Origin: a virus
Virus record (IMG/VR): IMGVR_UViG_3300021197_000868
Location: 32,001-96,000 of that record
Length of the DNA stretch: 64,000 bases
Strand: one strand, 5' to 3'
Part shown: piece by piece, positions 40,410-50,566 of the stretch
Numbering within the stretch: the first letter of the stretch is position 1
How the letters are laid out: every line of letters begins with the position of its first letter
Notes under the pieces: generated by a model
Seen by the model: only the letters and a program-made list of their open reading frames with translations
Told to the model about the DNA's origin: nothing
Database searches by the model: none
Position numbers and translations under genes: made by a program

Positions 40410-43400
40410 TGAGTACAAATAATCCATTATCAGGACATACAGATGGCACTAACGACGGACTAAAAGATGGCGACCATATTCTCTCTCCATCTCTGACTAA
40501 CTTATACGAAGGTGTACATGGAAATGGTATATTGTTACCCAATGATACAGCCTACGGTGATAGCGATAGAAACGACCCGCCTGATTTACCCGGTGCTATA
40601 AGTGCAGGTTCAGCGGCTAATCAGTTCATAGTCAAGGCTTGTAATGTCATACTAGACGGAGTTGTTTATGCTATAGGTGGTGGGAGTAATATCACCGTTA
40701 CTTTAACAAAAACTACTACTGAGAAGATAGGTACTTTCGTAGAGATAGATAGTGGTAAAGAGTGTATTTTCGTAGTTGTCGCTACTGCTGAAGGACTGAA
40801 GGTTACTCAAACAACACCAATTACTACAGCATCGGGGGCATATCCTACAATCGCTGGTGGTGCTACTTCTTATCTAAAGACTGGTGGTGGTGCTGGGGCA
40901 AATCGTCAATCAATAGTATTAGGTACAATACGTGCTACTAATAGCGGGGGTACTACTGCTGGTAACCTTAACATTCAAGCGTTATCTGAGTACAATGATA
41001 AGCGTGTGTTCGTCAGACCTTCTCCTCTTTACTTATCCCCAGTCACTACTGGTGCTGTAGGTGCTACTGCTGAACTTGATGACCACACTGCTTTGGCTCA
41101 GATTCATGGCACTGGTCAACATGGTGCTTTAGGCGCTAACGGTGTTATATGGCAGTCCTATGGAAGTCAACTCGGTAGCACTACTGCTGGTGATAACGAT
41201 AAAGATGTAGTCTACTATAGTGGTACACACGCCGCTCGTTTCACTCGCTCATTATTTGACCGTGTATTAACAAGTACAGCGACCAGTCTTACGCTCACAT
41301 CAACAGATGCTAACATACTCATACTCACACCCGGAGGTAATGCTAATATCATAACAAATGGTACATTCCCTGCTGGTTATGTAATACATATTAGAAATCT
41401 ACACACTTCAAATTATGTAAGGTTCGCTCTTACATCTTCTTCGAGTAGTACAATGGTTACTTATTATGAAATAGCGGCTGCTACTTGTGCTAGTTTTGTA
41501 TGTACTGTGAGCCATGCTGATTACCCAACCTTTAGTCTATTGATGGATGATACCATAGACACCCCTCAACTAGCCGCTAACGCTGTCACACTCGATAAGA
41601 TGGCTGGTATAGTAAGAGGTAAAATCATAGTCGGAGATGCAAGCGGTGACCCTTCATATCTTGCGGCTGGTGCTAACGGTAAACTACTCGTCGCTGATGC
41701 AAACGGTGACCCTTCTTGGACTACTGTAAGTGGTGATGTTACCATAAGTGCTGGTGCTGTAACCATAGGTAACGATAAGATTGACAGTCAGCACTATGTT
41801 GATGGTTCAATTGATACAGCACATGTTGGTGATGACCAAATAACCTATGCTAAGATACAGGATGTATCAGCGACAGACCGCATACTCGGTAGAGATTCTG
41901 CAAGTGCTGGTGTTATTGAAGAAATCACCCCTGCTAATGTACGCACTATGCTGAATGTTGCTGATGGTGCTACTGCCTATAATGACGCAGCAGCAATAGC
42001 CGCCGTTGAAGGTGAGTCTACACTGGTGTTACAATCAGGAGTTACAGTCGGTACTGATTTAAAATTATCCACATCTTCTGATGATGCTATTATAGAGAAT
42101 GTAACCAGCGATAAAGATATTATTTTCAAAGCAAATGATTCAGATGGTGGCGGTGCAGGTCAAGAAATAATGAGAATTGATGGTTCTACTTCAAGAGTAG
42201 GTATTGGAACTGCTTCACCAACTACTGCATTGGAAGTTAGCGGAGATACGACAATATCAAGAAGTGCTGATTTAGGACAAACAAGAACATTAAGTATTGA
42301 AGGAGCAAGAAACGCTACGGGTACGGATTATGCAAGAATTGATTTAGAAAATTATGATTCTAATTCCGGTAGTCCGGCTACTTATGTCGGTGCAAGAATT
42401 AGTGCAGTTAATGATGCAGATGGAGTTGATGATGGGAGTTTAGTATTATCTACTGCTAATGCTGGAACATTAGCAGAAAGAATGAGAATTGATGATGAAG
42501 GGAATGTTGGTATTGGTACTGATACCCCAACTGCTAAATTACATGTTAAAGGTACAGATGCGGTTTTAACTATTGAGGACACATCAATAGGCATTGCGGC
42601 ACTTACTAATGCAATGTCGGGAATAAATGTAGTAAGCGCAGGTATGAATGCAGGCTCTTCTAAGTTTGGAAGCGCAGTTAAGTTTCTATCCACTGACCCT
42701 CAACTTACAACCGAGAATCCTAAGTTTTTAGCGGCATTAATTCCAAGAGCAACAGAAACCTATGACCATGATATAGATGGTGGAATGGCATTAGACTTCG
42801 CAATAACTGATAATGCACAAGGGGCGACTAATGTCCCTGTTGTAAAAATGACAATTGACCATACAGGTTTTGTTGGAATTGGTACAGATAGCCCCGATGC
42901 TAATTTACATGTAGTTGGTGCTGGTTCGGGCGACCATCTTATTTTAGAAGGAACTTTAGGTAGTGCTGCTACTTCTGCGCCTAATATGGTATTGTTTAGA
43001 AATGGTGATGATGCAGCCGCAGATATTGACGATAATGATTTAATAGGTCAAATTGTTTTTAGAGGCGAAAATGATGCTAGTACACCCCAAGAAGTAGATT
43101 ATGCTACAATTGAAGGAGGTATGGATGATACATCAGATGGTAGTGAAGATGGTCATATAACCTTTAATTTAATTGAAGCAGGAAATCTTACAGAGTTTAT
43201 GAGACTTAGAGCCGCTACAAGAGATGTAGTAGTTAATGATATATCAGACGATATTGATTTTAGAGTTGAAGGTAGCAATAATGCTAACTTATTATTTACT
43301 GACGCTTCTGAAGATAAAGTTAGTATTGGTACTGGTACAGTAGATGCTAATGCGCTATTGACAGTTGAAGGTGCAATATCATTAGATGAAATAAGTGCGC

Positions 43401-44008
43401 CGACAAATACTGCTAATAGAGGACAATTATACACTAATGCAGATAATGAATTACATATGATTGCGGGTAATGGAACTGACTATAAGTTCTTAAAAACAGG
43501 ACTACATTCTATTTACATCCCTGCTTCTGCCATGTACCCTAATACAACAAATGGATGTTCAGCATTAACTCAAGTTGAATTGTCTAATGGGCCTGAAATA
43601 AAAGTATTAGATTTTGATACTGCTTCTGATGAGTTCTGCCAATTTACTATTTCATTCCCTAAGTCTTGGAATGAAGGAACATTAACTTATGAAGTTTATT
43701 GGATGGGTGGAAATACACATACTGGTGATGTTGTTTGGCAATTAAAGGGAGTTTGTTTTGACGATAGCGACCCCGTTGATACTACATTTGGAAGTCCTGC
43801 AAATACTACAGCAAAGGCTCATAGTGGGACTACTAATGATATTAACAGGTCTGTAAGTGCTTCTGCTTGTACGGTAAAGAATGCTACTACGGATTCAATT
43901 ACCTTTTTCCAACTTAATAGAGATATTTCTGCTGATAGTTATAACACCGATGCTAGATTATTAGGAATGAAGATATTCTATACAATTGATGCGGGGAATG
44001 ATGAATGA
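40409..44008 (+). CDS. Tail fibre / receptor-binding protein
   Basis: Repeats SRVGIGTASP, GNVGIGTDTP, GFVGIGTDSP and DKVSIGTGTV; ERMRID motifs; short shaft repeats (AVTLDKMA, QITYAKIQ). Confidence 0.8.
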   Translation: MSTNNPLSGHTDGTNDGLKDGDHILSPSLTNLYEGVHGNGILLPNDTAYGDSDRNDPPDLPGAISAGSAANQFIVKACNVILDGVVYAIGGGSNITVTLTKTTTEKIGTFVEIDSGKECIFVVVATAEGLKVTQTTPITTASGAYPTIAGGATSYLKTGGGAGANRQSIVLGTIRATNSGGTTAGNLNIQALSEYNDKRVFVRPSPLYLSPVTTGAVGATAELDDHTALAQIHGTGQHGALGANGVIWQSYGSQLGSTTAGDNDKDVVYYSGTHAARFTRSLFDRVLTSTATSLTLTSTDANILILTPGGNANIITNGTFPAGYVIHIRNLHTSNYVRFALTSSSSSTMVTYYEIAAATCASFVCTVSHADYPTFSLLMDDTIDTPQLAANAVTLDKMAGIVRGKIIVGDASGDPSYLAAGANGKLLVADANGDPSWTTVSGDVTISAGAVTIGNDKIDSQHYVDGSIDTAHVGDDQITYAKIQDVSATDRILGRDSASAGVIEEITPANVRTMLNVADGATAYNDAAAIAAVEGESTLVLQSGVTVGTDLKLSTSSDDAIIENVTSDKDIIFKANDSDGGGAGQEIMRIDGSTSRVGIGTASPTTALEVSGDTTISRSADLGQTRTLSIEGARNATGTDYARIDLENYDSNSGSPATYVGARISAVNDADGVDDGSLVLSTANAGTLAERMRIDDEGNVGIGTDTPTAKLHVKGTDAVLTIEDTSIGIAALTNAMSGINVVSAGMNAGSSKFGSAVKFLSTDPQLTTENPKFLAALIPRATETYDHDIDGGMALDFAITDNAQGATNVPVVKMTIDHTGFVGIGTDSPDANLHVVGAGSGDHLILEGTLGSAATSAPNMVLFRNGDDAAADIDDNDLIGQIVFRGENDASTPQEVDYATIEGGMDDTSDGSEDGHITFNLIEAGNLTEFMRLRAATRDVVVNDISDDIDFRVEGSNNANLLFTDASEDKVSIGTGTVDANALLTVEGAISLDEISAPTNTANRGQLYTNADNELHMIAGNGTDYKFLKTGLHSIYIPASAMYPNTTNGCSALTQVELSNGPEIKVLDFDTASDEFCQFTISFPKSWNEGTLTYEVYWMGGNTHTGDVVWQLKGVCFDDSDPVDTTFGSPANTTAKAHSGTTNDINRSVSASACTVKNATTDSITFFQLNRDISADSYNTDARLLGMKIFYTIDAGNDE

Positions 44009-44448
44009 GTTTTGGTTATGTTGTTTGTGGATTTGGTTCACATCCATCAAGAGGAACGCCTTTGGCGGCTTCAATCATTGAAGACGGCTCTGCGCCTTTA
44101 ATTGATTTAGTAGAACATGCCGATGTTGCGGGTAGTGGGGTTTTTACTACGGGTGCTGGTGGAATCCCAATATGGGATGTTTCAGTAGTCGCTACGGGCG
44201 GTACTGGTAGTTATACCTATACTTGGCAACATGCAGAAGTTCGTGATGTTACTAATTCATTCAGCGTTGGTTCTGCTGGAACAACAAATGCGGCTAGATA
44301 CAATACTTTGGCTATTGCTGGAACAATTCCGGGAAGTGCTTCAGACCCACCAAATGACGCTCTTTACGAACTTACATGTACGGTAGATGACGGCGTTGAT
44401 ACCGCACAAGCAACTATCCAATGTGCGGTAGTTGCTATCCCACTATGA
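44005..44448 (+). CDS. Ig-like/PKD-type fibre-associated protein
   Basis: ATGGTGSYTYTW and YELTCTVDDG; last gene of the + block. Confidence 0.55.
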   Translation: MSFGYVVCGFGSHPSRGTPLAASIIEDGSAPLIDLVEHADVAGSGVFTTGAGGIPIWDVSVVATGGTGSYTYTWQHAEVRDVTNSFSVGSAGTTNAARYNTLAIAGTIPGSASDPPNDALYELTCTVDDGVDTAQATIQCAVVAIPL

Positions 44449-44613
44449 TTGAGTGAACACGCTATCCTGCCACATATGACCGCACTCTTTGCAGCACCAT
44501 AGGCTCAGGCGCTCCTTGTCACCATCAAGGAAGCGTGCCTGTAGCCGCCTAGGTATATGCTCGTGACCGCATCTGCGACACTTGACTTTCATCTTGTCTA
44601 GTAGTCTACCCAT
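44443..44613 (-). CDS. 56-aa TFS/TFIIS-C-like zinc-ribbon protein (absent from the ORF track)
   Basis: Manual translation: [61 protein letters not shown] coupling to the thermosome stop and a GGTGAG RBS. Confidence 0.7.
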   Translation of the reverse strand: MGRLLDKMKVKCRRCGHEHIPRRLQARFLDGDKERLSLWCCKECGHMWQDSVFTQS

Positions 44614-46088
44614 CACTCACCACGTCTACCGATGATGTCATCTATTCTGAGTATAGCAGTAGTGACTTCGGTTGCACTAGTGATAGCACTTTGAATCAAT
44701 GACATTGGCTCATAGACTTGAGCGTCATCCATGTCTTTAATCCCGCCTGTCTCTATATCAGGACCGAATGGTAGACCTGAGTGCCTCATGGCTAGAACAG
44801 TGTCTAGTGCATCGTGACCTGCGTTTTCAGCGATAGTACCCGGAATAGATTCAAGCGCATCAGCGAATGCCTCTATAGCCATTTGAGCACGTCCACCTAC
44901 TTCATTAGCGTTAGCACGCAGATGAGATGCTAGAGCGACATATGTAGCGCCTCCACCGTAGCAGATAGCGTCACCGTTAGCCACTAGTGAGACGACACCC
45001 AAAGCGTCATCGAACCCACGTTGAACTTCATCGAGTGTAGACTGTGTAGCACCGAATAGAACTAGAGTAGCCTCACTAGATGCTAGGTCACTGCTCACGA
45101 ATAGATAGTCTACGTCATTGTAACGACGACGCTCTATTACTGCTGCGCTTACTTCCATATCTGATTCAGGTATATGGTATGGCTTTACACCAAACTCATT
45201 ACCTAGCCTCTTCATAGTGCTTTCAGGTACTCTTCTCACTACGAAGATATTGCGCTTTCGTAGATACTGTACTACTGTATCATGTACACCATCACGCACT
45301 ATCACGACATTAGCACCGCTGTCTACGATGTGTTTTGCTGAGTCAAGCAATTGCTCACGACCAACATTTTTCAGTGTACTATATGAGGCAGCATCAACTT
45401 GAACCTGAACATTACCATCTTGCTTCTGCTCCTCAAGACCGTTATTGATTAGAAGAACACAAGTGCTATCGCCTTTGAAATCTCCATCGTTTGTAGTTAC
45501 ATCTTTGTTTAGAACTACACCGTTGAATAGATAAGAGTCAGCCAATGCACCACCGGGTGCTGCTAGAACACGAACGTCTGAAGCGTCACCTACTGCATTG
45601 ATTGTATCGACACATAGTTGAGCGACCTTTTGGTCTGAAGTTTCTAAAGACTTACCAGTGATAGCGGTCTTAGCGATAGATTGTAACTGTCTCTCACCTT
45701 CAACTGCAAGACTAGGTAGGAATGCCTGTACCATGTCTCTTGCTTTACTGTAGCCTTTGTTTACTACATTAGGATGAAGACCCTTGTCAAACAATGTCTC
45801 AGCGTTACTTAGTAACTGACCTGCTATGACTACGCTACTTGTAGTACCGTCGTAACAGTTAGTCTCCTGAACCTTAGACACTTCTACTATCATCTTAGCA
45901 GCAGGGTGGGCACTATCTAACTCACGTAGGATAGTAGCGCCATCGTTTGTTACTATGACGTTACCACCACCGTCGACCATCATCTTGTCCATACCCATAG
46001 GCCCTAGTGTAGTACGAACTGTACTCACAATCCGCTTCACTGCTTCTATGTTCATCCTTTGTGCATTGTGGTTTTTATTTTCACTCAT
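44613..46088 (-). CDS. ths: Group II chaperonin (thermosome)
   Basis: [55 protein letters not shown]. Confidence 0.95.
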   Translation of the reverse strand: MSENKNHNAQRMNIEAVKRIVSTVRTTLGPMGMDKMMVDGGGNVIVTNDGATILRELDSAHPAAKMIVEVSKVQETNCYDGTTSSVVIAGQLLSNAETLFDKGLHPNVVNKGYSKARDMVQAFLPSLAVEGERQLQSIAKTAITGKSLETSDQKVAQLCVDTINAVGDASDVRVLAAPGGALADSYLFNGVVLNKDVTTNDGDFKGDSTCVLLINNGLEEQKQDGNVQVQVDAASYSTLKNVGREQLLDSAKHIVDSGANVVIVRDGVHDTVVQYLRKRNIFVVRRVPESTMKRLGNEFGVKPYHIPESDMEVSAAVIERRRYNDVDYLFVSSDLASSEATLVLFGATQSTLDEVQRGFDDALGVVSLVANGDAICYGGGATYVALASHLRANANEVGGRAQMAIEAFADALESIPGTIAENAGHDALDTVLAMRHSGLPFGPDIETGGIKDMDDAQVYEPMSLIQSAITSATEVTTAILRIDDIIGRRGE

Positions 46089-46690
46089 TTCCAGTTCACC
46101 TCTATTTCTACAACTGCCCCATCTTCCAAGGAGCGACTCTTAATCACTCCATTTTCACGGCCATATTCGTATAGGTCGTAGGTCAATTGTGAATCTTTCA
46201 GACAGTATTCTGCTACCTCTAAGTAGCGCCCTGCTCTCCATGCTTCAGGGGCATCGTGGCTTGACATGCTCTTACCGACATCCAGTGTATTACGGGCCAG
46301 TAGTTCTAGGCTCGTAGCGATGTTTTTACCACCGGCTTTGTTTACAAGTAATTTAGTATCAATTACATTTTCTGCTTTATTCATTAAGTCTCCAGCAGTC
46401 CAGCAGTCTAGTGCTGCATTAAGAACAGGAAGGTCGAACTTCTTGATGTTGTGACCTAGGATGACACCACCTCCGTCTATGTGCTTCTGTAAGTGGTCAC
46501 CTAGTATACGTGGGTGTAAGTCATGGACTTCAGCCCCAACCATCTCGATGTCTTCTTTACTAAACACATGACCGTTTTCACCATCCCATGTTGCTACCAC
46601 TGTAGGTTCAAAGAGAGAGTGTTTATCCCACCCTCCTATCTCATACGAATAGTTACCAGTCTCAATATCCAATGCCATTACTTTACTCAT
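46085..46690 (-). CDS. DEDD-family 3'-5' exonuclease (RNase H-like)
   Basis: [22 protein letters not shown]. Confidence 0.85.
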   Translation of the reverse strand: MSKVMALDIETGNYSYEIGGWDKHSLFEPTVVATWDGENGHVFSKEDIEMVGAEVHDLHPRILGDHLQKHIDGGGVILGHNIKKFDLPVLNAALDCWTAGDLMNKAENVIDTKLLVNKAGGKNIATSLELLARNTLDVGKSMSSHDAPEAWRAGRYLEVAEYCLKDSQLTYDLYEYGRENGVIKSRSLEDGAVVEIEVNWK

Positions 46691-48093
46691 GCTTCAGCCT
46701 CCTTTAGTCTGATGTAAACAACAGCACCGTCCTTTGCTGCGTTGAACATATATGCCGCCCAATCGTTAAACTTCTTGAACCCTGTGGCTTTGGTGATGTG
46801 ATGATTCTGACAATACTGTTGGATGACTGCCGCCTTCTTACGCCAGCCGTCACCACGCTTGTCTAGTTCTACAGATGACACTGAGTTGAACGCTGCCAAC
46901 CAGTCCTTCCTGTGTACTTCCTTCTCCATCTTCTTAGCACCGACTTCTACTTCTCCTTCTAACCATTGGATTAGATTCTTGAATAAGTCGTATAGAATAT
47001 CCTTAGCCATGTCAAGATGCTCACCAGTAACTACCCACGTGTCATCCATCATCGCTATGTGTGTAGCGAGGATAACTGAGTAGTTCTCCATAGCAGGTAC
47101 GAACGATGCAACAACATCAGCGATAGCGAAGTTAAGGTCTTTCAGTAACCCATAGAAGTCTTCTACCACGTCGTATGTAGCGGCGTAGAATGATTCATCG
47201 ACAGTGAACATTTCATGCTTGATTGATTGTACTAATTTTTCTTGCTCAGAGCGAGAATACTCACCCCATTCAGTAAAAGTAGTTTCAGTTAGATTCAGAA
47301 CACGGTCACGTAGGCGCTTCTCTAATCCAGTAAAGTAAGCGACGATGTCATCGTATGATACGTCACCACCAGTACCTTTAGTGAACGCCCGGTTCATACG
47401 TATCTGAGAAACCTCTTGTCTTCTGTCCATGTCCCAGTGCGACCAGTATAGCAGGACACGCTGGAAGATACCCTTAGTTAGAACGTACTCCTTAACCCCC
47501 TTCGGTGGGTAGGTAGTAATCCATAACGAGGCTAGTGACTCAGTCTCTATCCTCCTACCACTCAAGTGCTTTACTAGCACGTTGCTATTACTGCCAATTG
47601 GGTTACAGGCTGACTGTAGATAGAGTACAGTCTCTTGACTGTGCTTACCCGGATTGAGAATGATAGAGCCTTCATCGAAGTTCAGCGCTTTCTGCCCACC
47701 TAGCATACCGTCTGTCTGTACCTGTACCTGTTCCTTCTTACCGTCTTCATTAACACGGACTTCGGAAGTTACACCACCCACTAGACCAGCATCTGACCCA
47801 GTAGTATATGCGTCACTATCTAAACCGCAATCCTTCAGTACGTCACCTACGAACTCCCAAGCAATTGACTTACCAGTCCTAGAAGGTTGAATCCAAAAAC
47901 AATGTACACGTGGGTCAAGGTGAGTTGAATCCCACGGTATACGCACATAGGGCGCTGCTACCTGTCCTTGTATAAAGAAGAATGATAGCATCGCTGGTAT
48001 GTCATTGTCTATACTTACTCTACCGAACTCCTCCACGTAACCCTTGAAGAAGTCGAACTTGTTGACCACTTGGTATTCTGTTGCTTTGCGCAT
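46687..48093 (-). CDS. MCM-like AAA+ ATPase/helicase without an N-terminal domain
   Basis: Walker A PSRTGKS, GSDAGLVG, Walker B LNFDEG, candidate arginine finger GIFQR. Confidence 0.6.
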   Translation of the reverse strand: MRKATEYQVVNKFDFFKGYVEEFGRVSIDNDIPAMLSFFFIQGQVAAPYVRIPWDSTHLDPRVHCFWIQPSRTGKSIAWEFVGDVLKDCGLDSDAYTTGSDAGLVGGVTSEVRVNEDGKKEQVQVQTDGMLGGQKALNFDEGSIILNPGKHSQETVLYLQSACNPIGSNSNVLVKHLSGRRIETESLASLWITTYPPKGVKEYVLTKGIFQRVLLYWSHWDMDRRQEVSQIRMNRAFTKGTGGDVSYDDIVAYFTGLEKRLRDRVLNLTETTFTEWGEYSRSEQEKLVQSIKHEMFTVDESFYAATYDVVEDFYGLLKDLNFAIADVVASFVPAMENYSVILATHIAMMDDTWVVTGEHLDMAKDILYDLFKNLIQWLEGEVEVGAKKMEKEVHRKDWLAAFNSVSSVELDKRGDGWRKKAAVIQQYCQNHHITKATGFKKFNDWAAYMFNAAKDGAVVYIRLKEAEA

Positions 48094-48162
48094 ATTCTAC
48101 CTGACTGGCTACCTATACTTAAACTAAACTAAAGGCTATACAACCTATACATCATACAACAC

Positions 48163-48181
48163 CGATGCTGCTTTAAGTAGT
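48163..48181 (-). promoter_or_regulatory. Copy of the recurring ACTACTTAAAGCAGnAT motif
   Basis: Intergenic; matches the copies at 59033-59058 and 63130-63155. A separate TTTAAGTA box at about 48116-48123 (- strand) lies ~25 bp before the ATG at 48093. Confidence 0.55.
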
Positions 48182-48225
48182 CTCCGAGGGTACTACTTTT
48201 CCAGTAGGAGATTTTGTGTAATTAT

Positions 48226-48924
48226 TTACCGTTTCACCGTTCTTTGGATATGAACAGCCTCTTCACTGGTGAGAACATTGACTATCATCTGCCTTCGTTG
48301 TTCTCCTAATCCCTTGACTTGCTTCAATGAATCAGGGAACATCATCTCCTCTATGTTACCACACTTCTCTAGTAGGCGGTCTACTAAGTCAGGGCCTATA
48401 CCGGGTATAGCCAGTAGGACATCCTTACGAACATCGTTAGTAGACACTCTCCTTACAGCCTTAGCACCGTGGCTACTGGCTGGCTTGTGTAACTTGTCAT
48501 GTAGTTTAGTTACGAACAGCGCAGCCTCACTGACGTTAGGAGTATAGAATACCTGACAGTCGAAGTCAGCCATGATGCGAGCGATAGTACCAGTAAGTTC
48601 ACTCTGTACTCTAGTGTGAGTTAGACGCTTGCCGTTATTCTTAGCAACGGCTACGTGCTTCGCTACGCTCCCATGTACGAGCAGGAAGAATCTTTCATAG
48701 TTAGCATCCATGTTCTCTAACTGTCTCCAAAGATGACCGCTATGGCTTGATTGGAATAGGTCGCTAATACTCTTGGCTTCTACACATGCAGCCCCAAGTA
48801 AGTAGTCACCTACTACTAGAGCCTGTCTAGCAACAGAGAGTCCTGACTTCTGTGCCTTTCTTAGGATAGATTCGCATAAGGGTCCACGTTCGTTACTGTC
48901 TATTATTAGGTCAGGTTTCATCAT
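48226..48924 (-). CDS. XPF/ERCC4-family structure-specific nuclease with a HhH domain
   Basis: IIDSNE, VGDY, VEAKS..DL, and IPGIG / VKGLG helix-hairpin-helix motifs. Confidence 0.9.
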   Translation of the reverse strand: MMKPDLIIDSNERGPLCESILRKAQKSGLSVARQALVVGDYLLGAACVEAKSISDLFQSSHSGHLWRQLENMDANYERFFLLVHGSVAKHVAVAKNNGKRLTHTRVQSELTGTIARIMADFDCQVFYTPNVSEAALFVTKLHDKLHKPASSHGAKAVRRVSTNDVRKDVLLAIPGIGPDLVDRLLEKCGNIEEMMFPDSLKQVKGLGEQRRQMIVNVLTSEEAVHIQRTVKR

Positions 48925-49163
48925 TTTTCCTCCTTTGGTTTGTGGGCGATACAGAACTTATGTCCTACCACCCTCCATCTAGCGCATCTATTACCCTTCA
49001 TTCGATTTCCACGGCTTGATTTACTTATACCTTCACACTGCCATTCAGGAGGAGGATGCGCTGTAGAGCACTTGTAGCATTTAGGAAGAAAGCCCTCAAT
49101 TTTAAGATTACTCGGTCTAACAACTATCAGTGCCTCGCAGAAATGACATTTTAGTCTAGGCAC
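48921..49163 (-). CDS. Small Cys/His zinc-finger protein
   Basis: CHFC, CYKC, C...C...CIAH. Confidence 0.6.
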   Translation of the reverse strand: MPRLKCHFCEALIVVRPSNLKIEGFLPKCYKCSTAHPPPEWQCEGISKSSRGNRMKGNRCARWRVVGHKFCIAHKPKEEK

Positions 49164-50272
49164 TATTCCATCTCCTGTATACTACCATCGTAATATCTAC
49201 AGCGTCCAGTACATAGTCCATCGTACTCTAACTTACCACATGAGGAGGCTGAGTACCCCTTGTTAGACCCACTACCTATTACTATGCTTTCAACATGTCC
49301 CTTCGTAATATCTGCATTGTAGTCAACCCAGTTCTGCTTTTCTATAATATCACATATGCGATTGACATGTTCAATCTTAGTTTCTGCATCTACCGCTTCA
49401 GGTGAAAAGAACCATCTGAAACGGGCTGCTAAGTATGCCGCTAAGTGGAAGCGTGCTTTGTGAATAGGATTACCATGACCTAACGCTGACTGCGCTAGGC
49501 ATGGTAGGACAACTATGTCATCAAGAGTAACATCAGGTAGGTAGTCTACCTTCTCCACTTTACGTTTGAATGAGTTTCTTCGCTTAGGGAGTTCTATAGA
49601 CGCAGCCACTGAACCATGTTCTATGTAACCAGTTCTTGCTTCTTGTGATAATTCCATTAGTCCATCGTGTGTTAATTCTAAGACTTCTTTACTCATCAAT
49701 GGTATGCTCCAGCATCCTCTTCTAGCATTGTAGGAATTAGGAATACGAATCATACCGCTAGTATCGAATGCTACAGCAGGGTCATTACAACCAAGGTCTA
49801 ACTTCTTGTGCCATTGAGTCATCAAGTTACGACCACCCTCTTTGATACGCCGAACTTCTTGAGGGGTAGAGGGCATGTATGATTCTGATAGAGGAATCCA
49901 AAAATGGAATCCACCACCACTAAACCAAATGAAGTGTCTAATGTCTTCACTTAATAGATACCGATGTAGCCTTTTAACCTGCTCGTGCATATATGAGAAC
50001 TCTACATCAGCACCACGTTGCTTGAAATCCTTACAGTCGAAGTCCATGATGAAGTGATGTATGACTGGTGTATCATAATCAACACGGTGATTTCTAGGGG
50101 GCTTAGTAGCACGATAACCATAGGCTGTGAAGTAAGCGTTACCACTCCCGTTCTTACCCTTCCAGTAACGCTCTAACTCAGTCCAACTTCTTACTATGAA
50201 GCGACCACCCTGTGCCCCATTGGAGCCTATTTCTAACACTTCACGTGGGAAGTCTAGGCGCACGAATGACAT
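49163..50272 (-). CDS. Archaeo-eukaryotic primase, PriS-PriL fusion
   Basis: MDFD, FSGGGFH, RIPNSYN; C-terminal Fe-S-type Cys cluster (PCL...SCGKLEYDGLCTGRC). Confidence 0.85.
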   Translation of the reverse strand: MSFVRLDFPREVLEIGSNGAQGGRFIVRSWTELERYWKGKNGSGNAYFTAYGYRATKPPRNHRVDYDTPVIHHFIMDFDCKDFKQRGADVEFSYMHEQVKRLHRYLLSEDIRHFIWFSGGGFHFWIPLSESYMPSTPQEVRRIKEGGRNLMTQWHKKLDLGCNDPAVAFDTSGMIRIPNSYNARRGCWSIPLMSKEVLELTHDGLMELSQEARTGYIEHGSVAASIELPKRRNSFKRKVEKVDYLPDVTLDDIVVLPCLAQSALGHGNPIHKARFHLAAYLAARFRWFFSPEAVDAETKIEHVNRICDIIEKQNWVDYNADITKGHVESIVIGSGSNKGYSASSCGKLEYDGLCTGRCRYYDGSIQEME

Positions 50273-50276
50273 ACTA

Positions 50277-50561
50277 TCACGCTGGTAATTCTTTGAGCAC
50301 TAGTTTCACTATTTCATCAACTGTGTTATCGACTAAGAGTGATGTATGGATGGTAACTTCTAAGTCCCAAACATTCTTTGATGGAACACTCTTTTCCAAA
50401 TCAAACCACTCATCTAGTGTCATTTGTTTGGCCGATATAGCATGTACCACTATGTCATCTTCGGGTAACCCATATCTAAATCTCATAGTATCATCAGGTC
50501 TAGTCCACTTTACTGTCTGCTCTACTTCATCTAACTTAATTCGTAAATCTTCTCTTTTCAT
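50277..50561 (-). CDS. Hypothetical protein
   Basis: Fills the gap in the operon; ATG at 50561. Confidence 0.55.
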   Translation of the reverse strand: MKREDLRIKLDEVEQTVKWTRPDDTMRFRYGLPEDDIVVHAISAKQMTLDEWFDLEKSVPSKNVWDLEVTIHTSLLVDNTVDEIVKLVLKELPA

Positions 50562-50566
50562 ATTAC

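Noticed and set aside
1134-43434. Many short antisense or alternate-frame ORFs inside the + strand structural genes
   Set aside because: They lie within long, well-supported genes, lack RBSs and motifs, and look like shadow ORFs.
40409-44448. Diversity-generating retroelement or invertase acting on the tail fibre
   Set aside because: No reverse transcriptase, recombinase or template/variable repeat pair seen; the fibre repeats are divergent protein-level repeats.
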